Of a stretch of 64,000 bases of DNA, positions 45,928 to 55,802 are shown in pieces. The translations under genes were made by a program, and so were the position numbers. Origin of the DNA: a bacterium (lineage in GTDB: Bacteria; Patescibacteriota; CPR2; UBA1875; JAJYID01); assembly GCA_030647205.1 (NCBI GenBank), contig JAUSJO010000005.1:202523-266522 (forward strand), written 5' to 3'. The notes below the pieces were generated by a model. It was not told the DNA's origin. It saw nothing but the letters and a program-made list of their open reading frames with translations, and did no database searches. How positions within the stretch are numbered: position 1 is the stretch's first letter; the number at the start of each line of letters is the position of its first letter.

Positions 45928-47487
45928 ATGTTAAAACATCCAACCCACAATAAATTAAAAAAGTTTAGGCCGACAATAGCAGATAGGGCAAGGTTTATTT
46001 TCTTGGCTTTTCGCGACTTACTACTTTACTTCTCTACTAGAAAATATAGCATTTTTTATAATACTTTTTGCCGTTTGCCGTCAAGGTATCTAGACTGGAC
46101 GAGCCATATAAGGGCAAGAAGAGTTTACTATTATGCAGTCCGGAATGTTCCCGCTTTCAGAGACTTTGTAAAAGACAAAGAAATAAAAAAATGGAGTGAT
46201 GTTCCATTTACAGATAAAGATACTTATATAAAAAAGTATTCTACAGATCAAAGATGTGTCGGAGGTATAATCCCGCCCAGAGAGACCATGATAGACGAAT
46301 CGTCAGGAAGTACGGGCACGCCGTACAACTGGGTGAGAAGTTTGACCGAAAGATGTGAAGCGCATGGATCTGTTAGTTATTTTGCCACATTTTGTTTTGG
46401 CAAAAAGCCGCTTTTGACCATCAATGCATTTTCAATGGGTGCATGGGCAACCGGTCTAAATATGGGTATTGCCCTCTTGCGAAACGGAATCGTAAAAAAT
46501 ACGGGGCCTGATATCGGAAAAATATTAAATACTATGGAATTTTTTGGGCCAAAATATAACTATCTCATAACGGGCTATCCTCCATTTCTGAAAGAGCTGT
46601 ATGACTATGTGGGGAAGCAAGGCTTTCCGTGGGATAAATATCACATTTCTGCTTTGATGGGAGGAGAAGGTATGTCGGAGGGGTTGAGGGAATACCTGCG
46701 TCCTGGGTTTAAAAAAATTTACAGTGGTTATGGGGCTACCGACTTGGAGATTGGTATCGCTGGTGAAACTCCGCTGACTGTTGCTATAAGGCGTCTAGCG
46801 AACGAAAAGCAGGATTTCAGAGAAGCGCTTTTTGGGAAAGATTCGCGTCTGCCGATGTTGTTTCAGTATAATCCGGTTTCTCACTTTATCGAAACGACCG
46901 AGGACGGCGAGTTGGTGTTAACGATAGCTCGAAAATCAGTACTCTCGCCGAGAATAAAATATAATGTCCATGATGAAGGCGGCGTTTGCCGTTATGATCA
47001 AATGAAAGAAAGACTGAAAGTGGCCGGATATAATATAAAAGATTTTACAAAAGATGCAGATGGTAGAGATCTAAAGTTCCCGTTTTTATGGATATACGGA
47101 AGGCGCGATTATACGGTGAGCATCATGGGTGCAAATATTTATCCCGAAGATATTGAACAATGTCTATATGCCGACAAAGAACTCGCAAAGATTACGCGAT
47201 CTTTCTGTCAGTCTGTATCTGAGGGGAAAAATGCTCAAGTTCATCCGGCATTTTATTTTGAAATCACTGAAAGACCAACTAAAGAGTTAAGAGAAAAGTT
47301 TAGTAAGTCTATTCTAGAGCAACTTATGAAGTTGAATGCGGACTTTAGAGAGGCTTGTCACGAATATGCCGATACTATGAAGCCGGAGATTTACTTGTTT
47401 TCTGTTGGTGATGGACCGTTTAAGATGGATAAGAGCAAGATTAAACAGTCTCGGGTAGTTAAAAAATATAAACCAACGGTTCTATAG
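45928..47487 (+). CDS. Adenylate-forming enzyme, PaaK-like (phenylacetate-CoA ligase / F390-synthetase family)
   Basis: 519 aa; N-terminal YYYAVRNVPAFRDFVKDKEI...PFTDKDTY matches the PaaK N-domain; P-loop-like DESSGSTGTPYNW; GYGATDLE; true start may lie downstream of the ORF-track ATG. Confidence 0.6.
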   Translation: MLKHPTHNKLKKFRPTIADRARFIFLAFRDLLLYFSTRKYSIFYNTFCRLPSRYLDWTSHIRARRVYYYAVRNVPAFRDFVKDKEIKKWSDVPFTDKDTYIKKYSTDQRCVGGIIPPRETMIDESSGSTGTPYNWVRSLTERCEAHGSVSYFATFCFGKKPLLTINAFSMGAWATGLNMGIALLRNGIVKNTGPDIGKILNTMEFFGPKYNYLITGYPPFLKELYDYVGKQGFPWDKYHISALMGGEGMSEGLREYLRPGFKKIYSGYGATDLEIGIAGETPLTVAIRRLANEKQDFREALFGKDSRLPMLFQYNPVSHFIETTEDGELVLTIARKSVLSPRIKYNVHDEGGVCRYDQMKERLKVAGYNIKDFTKDADGRDLKFPFLWIYGRRDYTVSIMGANIYPEDIEQCLYADKELAKITRSFCQSVSEGKNAQVHPAFYFEITERPTKELREKFSKSILEQLMKLNADFREACHEYADTMKPEIYLFSVGDGPFKMDKSKIKQSRVVKKYKPTVL

Positions 47488-47510
47488 TTTATATTTTAAA
47501 GAAATAATGT

Positions 47511-48026
47511 TTAGGCGAGAGAGACCTCTTCCATTTTCGGCAGGTCTTCTTCCTTCTCTACCCCGAGATATGTGAGCATTTTTACCGTTGTGCCGTAGAG
47601 TATCGGTCTGCCAGGAGATTCTTTCCTTCCCACTTCTTCTATAAGCCCCCTGATCATTAGAACTCTTAAAATCCGGGAGCAGTCAGTGCCGCGGATACTT
47701 TCTATCTCGGCGCGAGTGATAGGCTGTTTGTAAACTATGATTGCCAAAGTCTCAAGTGCTGCCGGCGAAAGATCATATCGTAACTCTTCATTTAAAAACT
47801 TTGCCACGAGCTCTGCATTTTCCTGCGCGGAGGCAAGCAGATATTTTTCGCCCTTTTTGATAATCCGAAATCCCCTGTTTTTATATTCTTCTGTTAGTGC
47901 GTTTATTTCGCTCTGAATTTCGCCTACATTTCTACCGATGCTGTTAGCAATCTCTTTTAAAGAAATCGGTTTCCCTGCAACAAGGAGAAGACTTTCTATC
48001 TGTGATTTAATATTTTTCGCTGCCAT
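47511..48026 (-). CDS. scpB: Segregation and condensation protein B
   Basis: 171 aa; two winged-helix repeats; adjacent to scpA. Confidence 0.85.
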   Translation of the reverse strand: MAAKNIKSQIESLLLVAGKPISLKEIANSIGRNVGEIQSEINALTEEYKNRGFRIIKKGEKYLLASAQENAELVAKFLNEELRYDLSPAALETLAIIVYKQPITRAEIESIRGTDCSRILRVLMIRGLIEEVGRKESPGRPILYGTTVKMLTYLGVEKEEDLPKMEEVSLA

Positions 48027-48033
48027 ACTTAGA

Positions 48034-48723
48034 TTATAGTCCTTTAACAGTTATATCGGCAAAGTTTTTGTCTTGCTCGACGCTTACCATTTTTCTTTTA
48101 ATCATTTCAAGAAGTGCCAGAAAAGTGACGATAACTTCGCCCCTTGTCTTTGCGCCTTTAATGACCGACTTAAATGAAAACTTTTTACTTTTTTTAATCA
48201 ATCCTTGAAGGTGGTCTAGTTTTTCCTCGAGAGTTATCTTTATCTCTACTTTTTTGTCTTCTTTTTTTATTTCCTCAGGCATTTTTTCCAAGGTTTCTTT
48301 GAGGAGCTCCATTAGAAAGTTTAAATCTACATTTTCCGGAGGAAGGAAAAGATTCATATCTGAGTTTCTGACTCCCGGTTCAAATGAGCGCTGGTTTTTG
48401 TCTATGATTTCTGCAAACTGACCCGATAGCTCTTTGAACTTTTTGTATTCTTTGAGCTGTGTTTCCAGATCTTCTATTTCCTCCTCTTCTTCTGTTGACA
48501 GAACGGGTAAAAGAGCCCGGCTTTTTAGGTATAGAAGCTTTGAGGCGACAACCAAAAAGTCGGCCAGGTTTTTGTTCGTTGCATCAATCTTCTGGATTTT
48601 TTCGAGATAGTCGTTTGTAATACGAGCTAGAGAGATTTTAGAAATATCGAGCCGCTCCTTCTCAATTAGACTTAAGAGCAAATCAAGTGGACCCTCAAAT
48701 GTTTTTTCTTTGACGGCAATCAT
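48034..48723 (-). CDS. scpA: Segregation and condensation protein A
   Basis: 229 aa; N-terminal FEGPLDLLLSLIEKERLDISKISLARIT. Confidence 0.85.
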   Translation of the reverse strand: MIAVKEKTFEGPLDLLLSLIEKERLDISKISLARITNDYLEKIQKIDATNKNLADFLVVASKLLYLKSRALLPVLSTEEEEEIEDLETQLKEYKKFKELSGQFAEIIDKNQRSFEPGVRNSDMNLFLPPENVDLNFLMELLKETLEKMPEEIKKEDKKVEIKITLEEKLDHLQGLIKKSKKFSFKSVIKGAKTRGEVIVTFLALLEMIKRKMVSVEQDKNFADITVKGL

Positions 48724-50028
48724 TTATGGCCTCAGACGGTTAATGTCGCGCGGGAAAAGGCTGGCCTCACGGATATTGTCCAGATTTAAAAGTCGTGCGG
48801 TAATTCTTTCTAGTCCTATGGCAAGTCCGCCGTGCGGAGGCATGCCGTATTTGAAAACACTCAAGTAATCTTCGAAATCTTTTGTGTTCATGCCGCGGGA
48901 TTTCATTTTTTCTAAGTACTCTTCATAGAGATGAATTCTTTGTCCGCCGGTAGTAATCTCCAGTCCTCTGAAGAGCAAGTCGAAGCTAAGAGTTTCTTTC
49001 GGAATTTTTGGGTCATCCATTGTATAAAACGGGCGTTTTTTGCTGGGGTAGTGTGTAATAAATACAAACTCACTGCCAAGCTGCTTTGCTGTATACTCAC
49101 AAATCTGTTTTTCATGCTTAGGCTCAAGGTCGGGTTCTCCTACACATTTTTCGCCATATTCTTTTTCTAGGATTTCTTGCGCCTCGGAAAGCTTCATCCT
49201 TGGAATACCCTTTTTTATGACCGGGATTTCCGAACTAAGCATTCCAAACTCTTCTGAGTAGTTTTCTTCTAGTTTTTTTAGTAGTCCACCCAAAAATTCT
49301 GCTTCCAAGTCCATTATCTCTTCATAAGAGTCAATGAACCCCATCTCAAGATCTAGGCTCACGTACTCATTTATATGCCTAGAGGTGTTGTGTTTCTCGG
49401 CTCTATAAATGTAGGCAGTCTCAAAAACACGTTCATATACACCAACCATGATTTGTTTGTACATCTGGGGGCTTTGAGATAGGTATGCTTTCTTCTTGAA
49501 ATAATCAATTGTGAACATTTCTGCTCCGCCGGTTTCTAGACCAGATGAAACTATTTTTGGAGTATTAATTTCTGTAAAATCTCTTTTTTCTAGGAATTTT
49601 CTAAATTCATCTGTAATCGCTGACTGTACCTCGAAAATCGCTCTTTGCTTTGGGTTCCTTAAAGTAATCGGACGGTTATCAAGAAGTGTGTCTATATTTA
49701 CATTCATTTCTTTTTTATTGATTGCGATAGAGATATCTTCTTTGACCGGTGAAATAATTTCTATTTTACAGTCATGAAGCTCGGCTCCATGCGGTGCCCT
49801 TTCTTCTTTCACGACTTTGCCTGTAATTTTCACAACTGTCTCTGTGGTTAGTTCTTTGAGTTTGTCGTTTTCCTCTCCGCCGTCAATAACCGCCTGAGCC
49901 AGTCCATTGCGATCTCTTAATACCAAAAAACTAATCCCGCCCATTTTGCGAAGTTTATGAATCCAGCCGAAAAGCGTGACTTCTTTGCCGATTTCTTTAT
50001 TTATCTGCGTTGTTAGTGTTCGTTTCAT
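48724..50028 (-). CDS. Class IIb aminoacyl-tRNA ligase, aspartate/asparagine type (archaeal-type AspRS or AsnRS; not distinguishable by eye)
   Basis: 434 aa; N-terminal OB anticodon-binding domain; class II motifs incl. C-terminal GGLAIGLERITARLL...FPRD. Confidence 0.8.
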   Translation of the reverse strand: MKRTLTTQINKEIGKEVTLFGWIHKLRKMGGISFLVLRDRNGLAQAVIDGGEENDKLKELTTETVVKITGKVVKEERAPHGAELHDCKIEIISPVKEDISIAINKKEMNVNIDTLLDNRPITLRNPKQRAIFEVQSAITDEFRKFLEKRDFTEINTPKIVSSGLETGGAEMFTIDYFKKKAYLSQSPQMYKQIMVGVYERVFETAYIYRAEKHNTSRHINEYVSLDLEMGFIDSYEEIMDLEAEFLGGLLKKLEENYSEEFGMLSSEIPVIKKGIPRMKLSEAQEILEKEYGEKCVGEPDLEPKHEKQICEYTAKQLGSEFVFITHYPSKKRPFYTMDDPKIPKETLSFDLLFRGLEITTGGQRIHLYEEYLEKMKSRGMNTKDFEDYLSVFKYGMPPHGGLAIGLERITARLLNLDNIREASLFPRDINRLRP

Positions 50029-50075
50029 GTTTAAAATTATACCAATCTTTACTTGATTTAGCTAATAAAAAATCC

Positions 50076-50093
50076 CCGTTTGGGGATTAGATA
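50076..50093. terminator. Terminator hairpin (ATCCCC-GTTT-GGGGAT)
   Basis: 6-bp GC-rich stem with flanking A/T runs, between RR gene end and aspS/asnS start. Confidence 0.45.
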
Positions 50094-50113
50094 GTTTTAT
50101 ACAGAATAATTAC

Positions 50114-50506
50114 TTAAGACTTTGCTTCTCCTCTTGGTGGCCTTGCTAGTATTTCTTTTGCCTTATCTACTACATCAGACAAGGTGGATTGAGATTTTAC
50201 GAGATATGCATCGGCGCCAAGCTCCTTACCCCTTTCAATATCGGAGGCTTGTGAGAGGGCGCTCATGATTATAATTTTTGTATTCTTAGTCTCCGGCGTT
50301 GAACGCAAAATATCCAAAACGTCCATACCGGAAATCTTTGGCATCATAATGTCTAGAATAACCAAGTCAGGTTTCCCCTGGATAGCTTGAGTGAGGGCTT
50401 CTTCCCCGTCGCTAGCAGTAATCACATCAAAATCCTCTGCTGTAAATCTGGCAGAGTATATTTCTCTCAGCGCTATATCGTCTTCAACTAGTAAAATCTT
50501 TGTCAT
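50114..50506 (-). CDS. Stand-alone response-regulator receiver domain protein (CheY-like)
   Basis: 130 aa; MTKILLVEDD...DLVILDIMMP with phospho-acceptor Asp; no output domain. Confidence 0.85.
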   Translation of the reverse strand: MTKILLVEDDIALREIYSARFTAEDFDVITASDGEEALTQAIQGKPDLVILDIMMPKISGMDVLDILRSTPETKNTKIIIMSALSQASDIERGKELGADAYLVKSQSTLSDVVDKAKEILARPPRGEAKS

Positions 50507-50547
50507 AACTCTTTTATGTTAAATAAAAACTAATACTTTTGCAATAG

Positions 50548-52248
50548 CTAACCAAGTGCTCTTGGTATGGTAAAGAAGAAACTACTCCCTTTTCCTTCTT
50601 CGCTTTCAACCCAGATACTTCCTCCAAAGTACTCAATTATCGATCTTGTTATGTAAAGACCTAACCCTGTGCCACCGACTGCTCTTGTGGCGGAGTTGTC
50701 TACTTGATAGAACTTTTCGAAGAGGTGCTTTTGCCCGGTTTCTGATATTCCTACCCCTGTATCAGCGACACAAACCTTTGCAAAATCTTCGTCATATTCT
50801 ATGGATATAGTAACAGATCCTTCAGTGGTAAACTTGATGGCATTCTCGACTAAGTTGTTTAAAACCTCTCGGATCTGTTCCCTATCGGCCCGAACATCCA
50901 ATGATCTGGAGACAACCGTTCCTTTGACTTTCAGGTGGGGGCTTGAGTCATATTTAAGTTCGACGCCATTCTCTGTCGCTTTTTTATTGAACACATCAAT
51001 CACTTCTTCCGATAAATCTTTCAATGAGAAATTTGTGACGGTGTACTCAAGTTTTCTATCTTCTATTTTTGTAACTACCAAAAGATTCTTTATAAGCTCA
51101 GACATCGCGCTTGCTGTCTGGAATGCTTTATTTAGGTACTCTGATGCCTTGCTATCCACCTTACAAACCTTATCGTTCAGTGCGAGCTCAATGTAGCCCG
51201 ACATAGCCGTAATAGGAGTGCGAAGCTCGTGTGATGCCGTAGAAACGAACTCTGAGCGCATTCTCTCAACTTCCTTTTTCTTGGTGATGTCTCTAAAGAC
51301 GCAGATAGCACCTGTAACTTTGCCGTCCATGTCTTTAATCGGTGCGTAAGTACCCTCTAGCTTAATGTCGGTTTTTCCTTTTCCCGGATAGCACATATCA
51401 TCTCTGACGACGTTTTCACCGGTATTCCATACTGCGAGCGCCGGACAGTCTTTTTCGCAAATGCTCACGCTTTGTTCATTTTTTAAATTCATTATTTTTT
51501 TGCAAGGAAGTCCCATTGTATCTTTTGCCTTCCAACCGGTAATCTTCTCTGCCTGGGGATTAAAAAGTATCAACTCTCGCATTGTGTTAACGGCATAAAT
51601 CCCATCACCGATGTTTGAGAATATTGCCTCATCTTTCGATTTATCCGCAGAAACATTTTTTGTATATTTCTCAAGTTTTATTTTCTCCATCCAGTTTTTT
51701 CTGTACATATACCCCAGGTAGAGAGAGAAAGCGGTCACAGACGCAATGGCCAAAAGACTTGCCCCATTTAAGACGAAAAACTCTTGAATAGTTTGGCTTT
51801 TAAAATAAAGTTCGCTGTAGAAGAAGTATCCTGCAGTGATAGACAAAAGAACGGTGCTAATCAGAAGCGAGTAAAAGGCCGAAATGATCAGGATTAAATA
51901 GATTATTGGGAAAAGAAAGCTTTGAGTACTGCCGGTTAGCTCTAATAATATAAAAAAGTAAGCCAAGATGAATGATGACTGTAGAAGTAAGTTTGACTTT
52001 GGTTCGGCCTTGTTGATCTTGGACGAAAAGAAAAATGAGAAAACGCCCACAATCGCTAGCCCAAAAGCAATACGAACAAGATTGTTCAAAATAAGTTTTT
52101 CCTGAGTAAAGATAGCGAGTCCCAAAAAACCCAGAATAATACAGATATTTAGTATAAGCACACAATACGAAAGATATTTGCTAAAAGATGCAAGTCTATC
52201 TCTGTCTATTAAATCACCAAGACTGACGAGTTCGATTTTACCCTCCAC
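50548..52248 (-). CDS. Sensor histidine kinase (polytopic TM N-terminus, PAS, HisKA, HATPase_c)
   Basis: 566 aa; ~6 N-terminal TM helices; PAS-like region; H-box SHELRTPITAM; G-boxes GTGLGL; immediately upstream of the receiver gene. Confidence 0.9.
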   Translation of the reverse strand: MEGKIELVSLGDLIDRDRLASFSKYLSYCVLILNICIILGFLGLAIFTQEKLILNNLVRIAFGLAIVGVFSFFFSSKINKAEPKSNLLLQSSFILAYFFILLELTGSTQSFLFPIIYLILIISAFYSLLISTVLLSITAGYFFYSELYFKSQTIQEFFVLNGASLLAIASVTAFSLYLGYMYRKNWMEKIKLEKYTKNVSADKSKDEAIFSNIGDGIYAVNTMRELILFNPQAEKITGWKAKDTMGLPCKKIMNLKNEQSVSICEKDCPALAVWNTGENVVRDDMCYPGKGKTDIKLEGTYAPIKDMDGKVTGAICVFRDITKKKEVERMRSEFVSTASHELRTPITAMSGYIELALNDKVCKVDSKASEYLNKAFQTASAMSELIKNLLVVTKIEDRKLEYTVTNFSLKDLSEEVIDVFNKKATENGVELKYDSSPHLKVKGTVVSRSLDVRADREQIREVLNNLVENAIKFTTEGSVTISIEYDEDFAKVCVADTGVGISETGQKHLFEKFYQVDNSATRAVGGTGLGLYITRSIIEYFGGSIWVESEEGKGSSFFFTIPRALG

Positions 52249-52323
52249 TTAGAAACACGTTACATAAGAATATTATATTTTATTATTTTTATTTTTAAAA
52301 GGGTTTCTAGAGATGTAGAGGTA

Positions 52324-53316
52324 TTATTTTATGTGAGTTAAGCCGAAGTTTAGGAGTGCCCGCGCATCTTCATTACCGCGATCTGACCCCATGAAGACAA
52401 ATATAAATTTTTTTCCTTGTTTTTGTGCGACTCCAATAAAGGTATTTCTGGCTTCATCGGTAAAGCCGGTTTTCGCGCCAATCATTTCCGGATATGTTCT
52501 CATAGTAAGAGAAACGTGCCCTGGCCAGTAGTGGGCCTCATTTTCATCTGTTTTTGCAATCGAATGCTCTTGTTTGTCGCCCATGTACTTTAAAATTTCC
52601 GGGTGGGCCTTTAGAGCGTAATAAGTCATTTTTGCGATGTCGTAGCTACTACTGACGTGTCCTGGCTCGTCAAGTCCGCTTGGGTTTTTGAAAGTGGTTT
52701 CTTTAAGCTCCAAAAGACGTATTTTTTCGGCCATTTTGTCTATAAACGTTTGGCGATTGTCGTCGATACCCTCAGCTAGTATTTCTGCTGCGTCATTTGC
52801 AGAGATCATCATCAGCCCGTGCAGAAGATCCTCGGTTTTGAGTAGTTCTCCTTCGCGAGTTGACATATTAAAGGCTTCCATCTCGCAGGCATGTTTTGAA
52901 ACTTTCAACTTCTTGTTTACATCAATATTTTCAAGAGCAATTGTGCCGGTCATTATTTTGGTAATGCTTGCCGGTGATAGCGCTTGATGAACTTCTTTTT
53001 CGTATAACACTTCTCCGGTTTCGGCGTCTACCACTATCCCTGATTTTGCTTGTATCATAAAATCATTAAATGTAGGGGCAGTTTCTTTCAGCGAATATTT
53101 TTGCTGATATTCTTCAATTTTCTTTTTTTCGTCAGCTGCCTTTTTAGCGGCAATTTTTGTGTCCGGTTTTTTCACCTGGCTTGCCGGTGAGCCGCTTTTT
53201 TTGTTGCCGAAGCTTAAAATACTTGTAAGCAAAAAAACAGCTGCAACAAACACTACGCCAATCAAAATCTTTTTCTTCATGGAGTCCATTATCTTAGAAA
53301 TATCGGTTTTAGTCAA
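52324..53316 (-). CDS. D-alanyl-D-alanine carboxypeptidase (peptidase S11), second copy
   Basis: 330 aa; N-terminal TM; SxxK (ASITKIM), SxN (ISANDA), KTG (KTGFT). Confidence 0.85.
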   Translation of the reverse strand: MTKTDISKIMDSMKKKILIGVVFVAAVFLLTSILSFGNKKSGSPASQVKKPDTKIAAKKAADEKKKIEEYQQKYSLKETAPTFNDFMIQAKSGIVVDAETGEVLYEKEVHQALSPASITKIMTGTIALENIDVNKKLKVSKHACEMEAFNMSTREGELLKTEDLLHGLMMISANDAAEILAEGIDDNRQTFIDKMAEKIRLLELKETTFKNPSGLDEPGHVSSSYDIAKMTYYALKAHPEILKYMGDKQEHSIAKTDENEAHYWPGHVSLTMRTYPEMIGAKTGFTDEARNTFIGVAQKQGKKFIFVFMGSDRGNEDARALLNFGLTHIK

Positions 53317-53322
53317 AAGATT

Positions 53323-54162
53323 CTAGTACTTTCTCGGGTAGCTTCCGAGGATTTTGACGAATGCAACCTTCTCGAGTTCTGTGATTACTTTTTTAGGGTT
53401 TTCTTCTGTAATATGACCCTCAAGGTCTATATAGAAGATGTAGTCGCCGAGCTTGCCCTTGCTTGGTCGTGACTCTATTTTTGATAAGTTTACATTGTTG
53501 TTTTTGAAATAGCCCAAGATTTCCCACAAAAGTCCGGGGCGGTCGACTTGCGGATATACTGTGATCGAGGTTCTGTCGTATCCGGAATGTTCTGTGTCAC
53601 TTTTTGAAATTACCACGAATTTTGTTACATTAAACTTACTGTCTTGGATAGATTTTTGCAGAACTTCCAAATTATAAATACCAGCCGCGAGCTCCGGTCC
53701 TATCGCGGCATATTCTTTACTTTCTTTTTCTTGAACTAATTTTGCTGATTCTCCGTTGCTTGTAGTCTCTAATATCTGTGCATCGGGTAGATTTTTCCGT
53801 AAATACTTTTCGCATTGTGAATACGACTGGTTATGAGCATAGACATATTTAATCTCGCCTTTATTTACTTCGTCAACAGCTATTAAACAATGAACAATCG
53901 GCACGATTTCTTCTAGCTCGATTTTTAGGTCAAATGCTAGCAGTGCATCGAGGGTAAAACCGACTGATCCGCCCAGAGAGTTCTCTATTGGTACAACCCC
54001 TTTGTCGCATTCTTCTCTGTCTACAGCATCAAAAACATCATGAATTGTTTTATAAAAAACGATCTCTGGTTTGCCATTTAACGTCTGGGCTGCTTGATGG
54101 GAGAATGTTCCTTCGGGCCCAAGTACCGCGATTTTTTCTTTCATCTTATCCTTTCTAATCAA
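53323..54162 (-). CDS. pheA: Prephenate dehydratase (PDT + ACT domains)
   Basis: 279 aa; KIAVLGPEGTFSHQAA; C-terminal ACT-like region. Confidence 0.8.
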   Translation of the reverse strand: MIRKDKMKEKIAVLGPEGTFSHQAAQTLNGKPEIVFYKTIHDVFDAVDREECDKGVVPIENSLGGSVGFTLDALLAFDLKIELEEIVPIVHCLIAVDEVNKGEIKYVYAHNQSYSQCEKYLRKNLPDAQILETTSNGESAKLVQEKESKEYAAIGPELAAGIYNLEVLQKSIQDSKFNVTKFVVISKSDTEHSGYDRTSITVYPQVDRPGLLWEILGYFKNNNVNLSKIESRPSKGKLGDYIFYIDLEGHITEENPKKVITELEKVAFVKILGSYPRKY

Positions 54163-54165
54163 AAA

Positions 54166-54195
54166 GCCTTCCTTGCGGAAGGGCTTTTATTTGTA
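54166..54195 (-). terminator. Terminator-like hairpin downstream of gene 54295-54900
   Basis: Imperfect GC-rich stem (GCCTTCC...GGAAGGGC) with T-run on minus strand. Confidence 0.35.
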
Positions 54196-54294
54196 AATTT
54201 ATAAGCTTATCTTCCGCTAGGTAAGACTCGTAAAGAAGAAAAAGCTAAAAAATCTTTTTGTTATCATTGGCACTATCTTAACATAAATATTAGC

Positions 54295-54900
54295 TTATTC
54301 CAAGATTTTAAAGGATGCAATTATCTCTTTTATCTGTCCTGCAGCTGTTTCTGCATTGCCAGTATTTAGTTCACCTGGGATTCCATTTGACTGGGAATAT
54401 GTATAAACTTTTGAACCCTTCTCTCCAATTTTCTGTCCGACCCCAGGCTCGTCCTTAGTTGCCTCGTATTCCGCTTTTTCAGTAACTGAGATTGCGAATA
54501 AGCTAGTGTAGTTTCTGTCAAATCCAAAATCATATACTGTATCGGGATTTTTTATCGGTAAGCCGAAGTAAATATGCTTTGATTTTTTTGCATCATCCAG
54601 CGCTTCTGATACCCCATAGCCTGCCCAATAATCAGGGAAACTAATCTGGAAGCTATCTTGGTTATTTATATATGTTTTCCAATTTGATGCCGCTTTGCTT
54701 GTCGTTTTTGTAGCCGTTTGATTTTTTGTATCATTAACTTGCTTCTGCAACTCTGAAATCTTTTTATCCGAATCTGTTTTTTGTTTATTCAATTCCCCAT
54801 TTTGCCACCACCAGACTCCAATCCCTGTTCCGCTGACCAATAAAATAACCGCCAGTAATACCAAAAGCGGTTTTAATAAATTTTTCTTTTTATCTTCCAT
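54295..54900 (-). CDS. Hypothetical membrane-anchored protein (201 aa)
   Basis: N-terminal TM helix then a Q/K/T-rich linker; no recognisable domain. Confidence 0.5.
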   Translation of the reverse strand: MEDKKKNLLKPLLVLLAVILLVSGTGIGVWWWQNGELNKQKTDSDKKISELQKQVNDTKNQTATKTTSKAASNWKTYINNQDSFQISFPDYWAGYGVSEALDDAKKSKHIYFGLPIKNPDTVYDFGFDRNYTSLFAISVTEKAEYEATKDEPGVGQKIGEKGSKVYTYSQSNGIPGELNTGNAETAAGQIKEIIASFKILE

Positions 54901-55097
54901 TTTCCTCCTTTTGTTTTTGTTTTTTGCCCACTACTTTCATAACGGGCGGATTTTTTTATTTTCCTCAATTTAAAGCATAAACATAATAGAGTCAATAACT
55001 TTTTGAATAAATTATTTTATCAAATTTTCACGAAAACACCTGAATGAAAAACCTCCGGGTTAACCGGAGGTTTTGTAGGTCTAGGATGATAAGATCT

Positions 55098-55643
55098 CTA
55101 GACTTTTCTTTTGAGGTCCTTGACCTCTGCATCTATCACAGAGGTTTTGTTCGGTTCAACACGGAATGTCTCTGCCTGGGTTATTGCGACGCCTTTCAAA
55201 GAGTCAACAACCTCGTCTTTTTCTTTTTTGACGGCAGACTTGATAACTGTCTCAACTGTTTTGATCAGCTTTTTTGCCAAGCCCCTTTCTTTGATAGATT
55301 TGATTGCTTCTCCGGCATCGGTAACTTGGACAGTTCTGTTGCCGAGTCGCCAAAGAAATTTTCCTGATGGCAGGGTGACGGTTTTTACTTTGCCATCCTT
55401 TGTCAGTTCTTTTCTGTGGCCCTCTGCATAGACATAGAGACCTTGCATGAGTTCTGCTAGCCTTTTCTCGTGTGGTTCTATCTTCTCCTTTGCTTTCTCC
55501 TTCCGATCCTCTATGTCTTTATTCAGTTTTGTCTCCAGCCTCTCTATCGCCCTCTTTTCCTTACCCATCTGCGCGACAAACCGAGAAGCTTCCTTCACGT
55601 CTTGCGGAACACCTATCACCTCATGTTTTAAGTCTCCTGACAT
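55098..55643 (-). CDS. gam: Bacteriophage Mu Gam-like protein (Ku-like DNA-end binding / host-nuclease inhibitor family)
   Basis: 181 aa; aligns by eye with Mu Gam: GHRKELTKDGKVKTVTLPSGKFLWRL vs ANRDELTNGGKVKTANLVTGDVSWRV, IKERGLAKKLIKTVETVIKSAV vs LERLGLQRFIRTKQEINKEAIL; N-terminal coiled coil; good SD. Confidence 0.8.
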   Translation of the reverse strand: MSGDLKHEVIGVPQDVKEASRFVAQMGKEKRAIERLETKLNKDIEDRKEKAKEKIEPHEKRLAELMQGLYVYAEGHRKELTKDGKVKTVTLPSGKFLWRLGNRTVQVTDAGEAIKSIKERGLAKKLIKTVETVIKSAVKKEKDEVVDSLKGVAITQAETFRVEPNKTSVIDAEVKDLKRKV

Positions 55644-55762
55644 GTGCGTAGCACCTCTTTCCTGGGTGGATACTATAAGTAAGAGTCTAACAAAATAAAT
55701 ATATTATCAAAAGCCTTATATTGCTTCGTGGAAATAAACAAAAATACTCTATGTGAATTTAT

Positions 55763-55790
55763 TGAAAAAAAGGTGTTTTTTTGATATAAT
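55763..55790 (+). promoter_or_regulatory. sigma-70-like promoter (TTGAAA-16-TATAAT) for tRNA-Glu
   Basis: Hexamers read from sequence; -10 ends 12 nt before tRNA 5' end. Confidence 0.55.
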
Positions 55791-55802
55791 TTCTAAGTTC
55801 AC

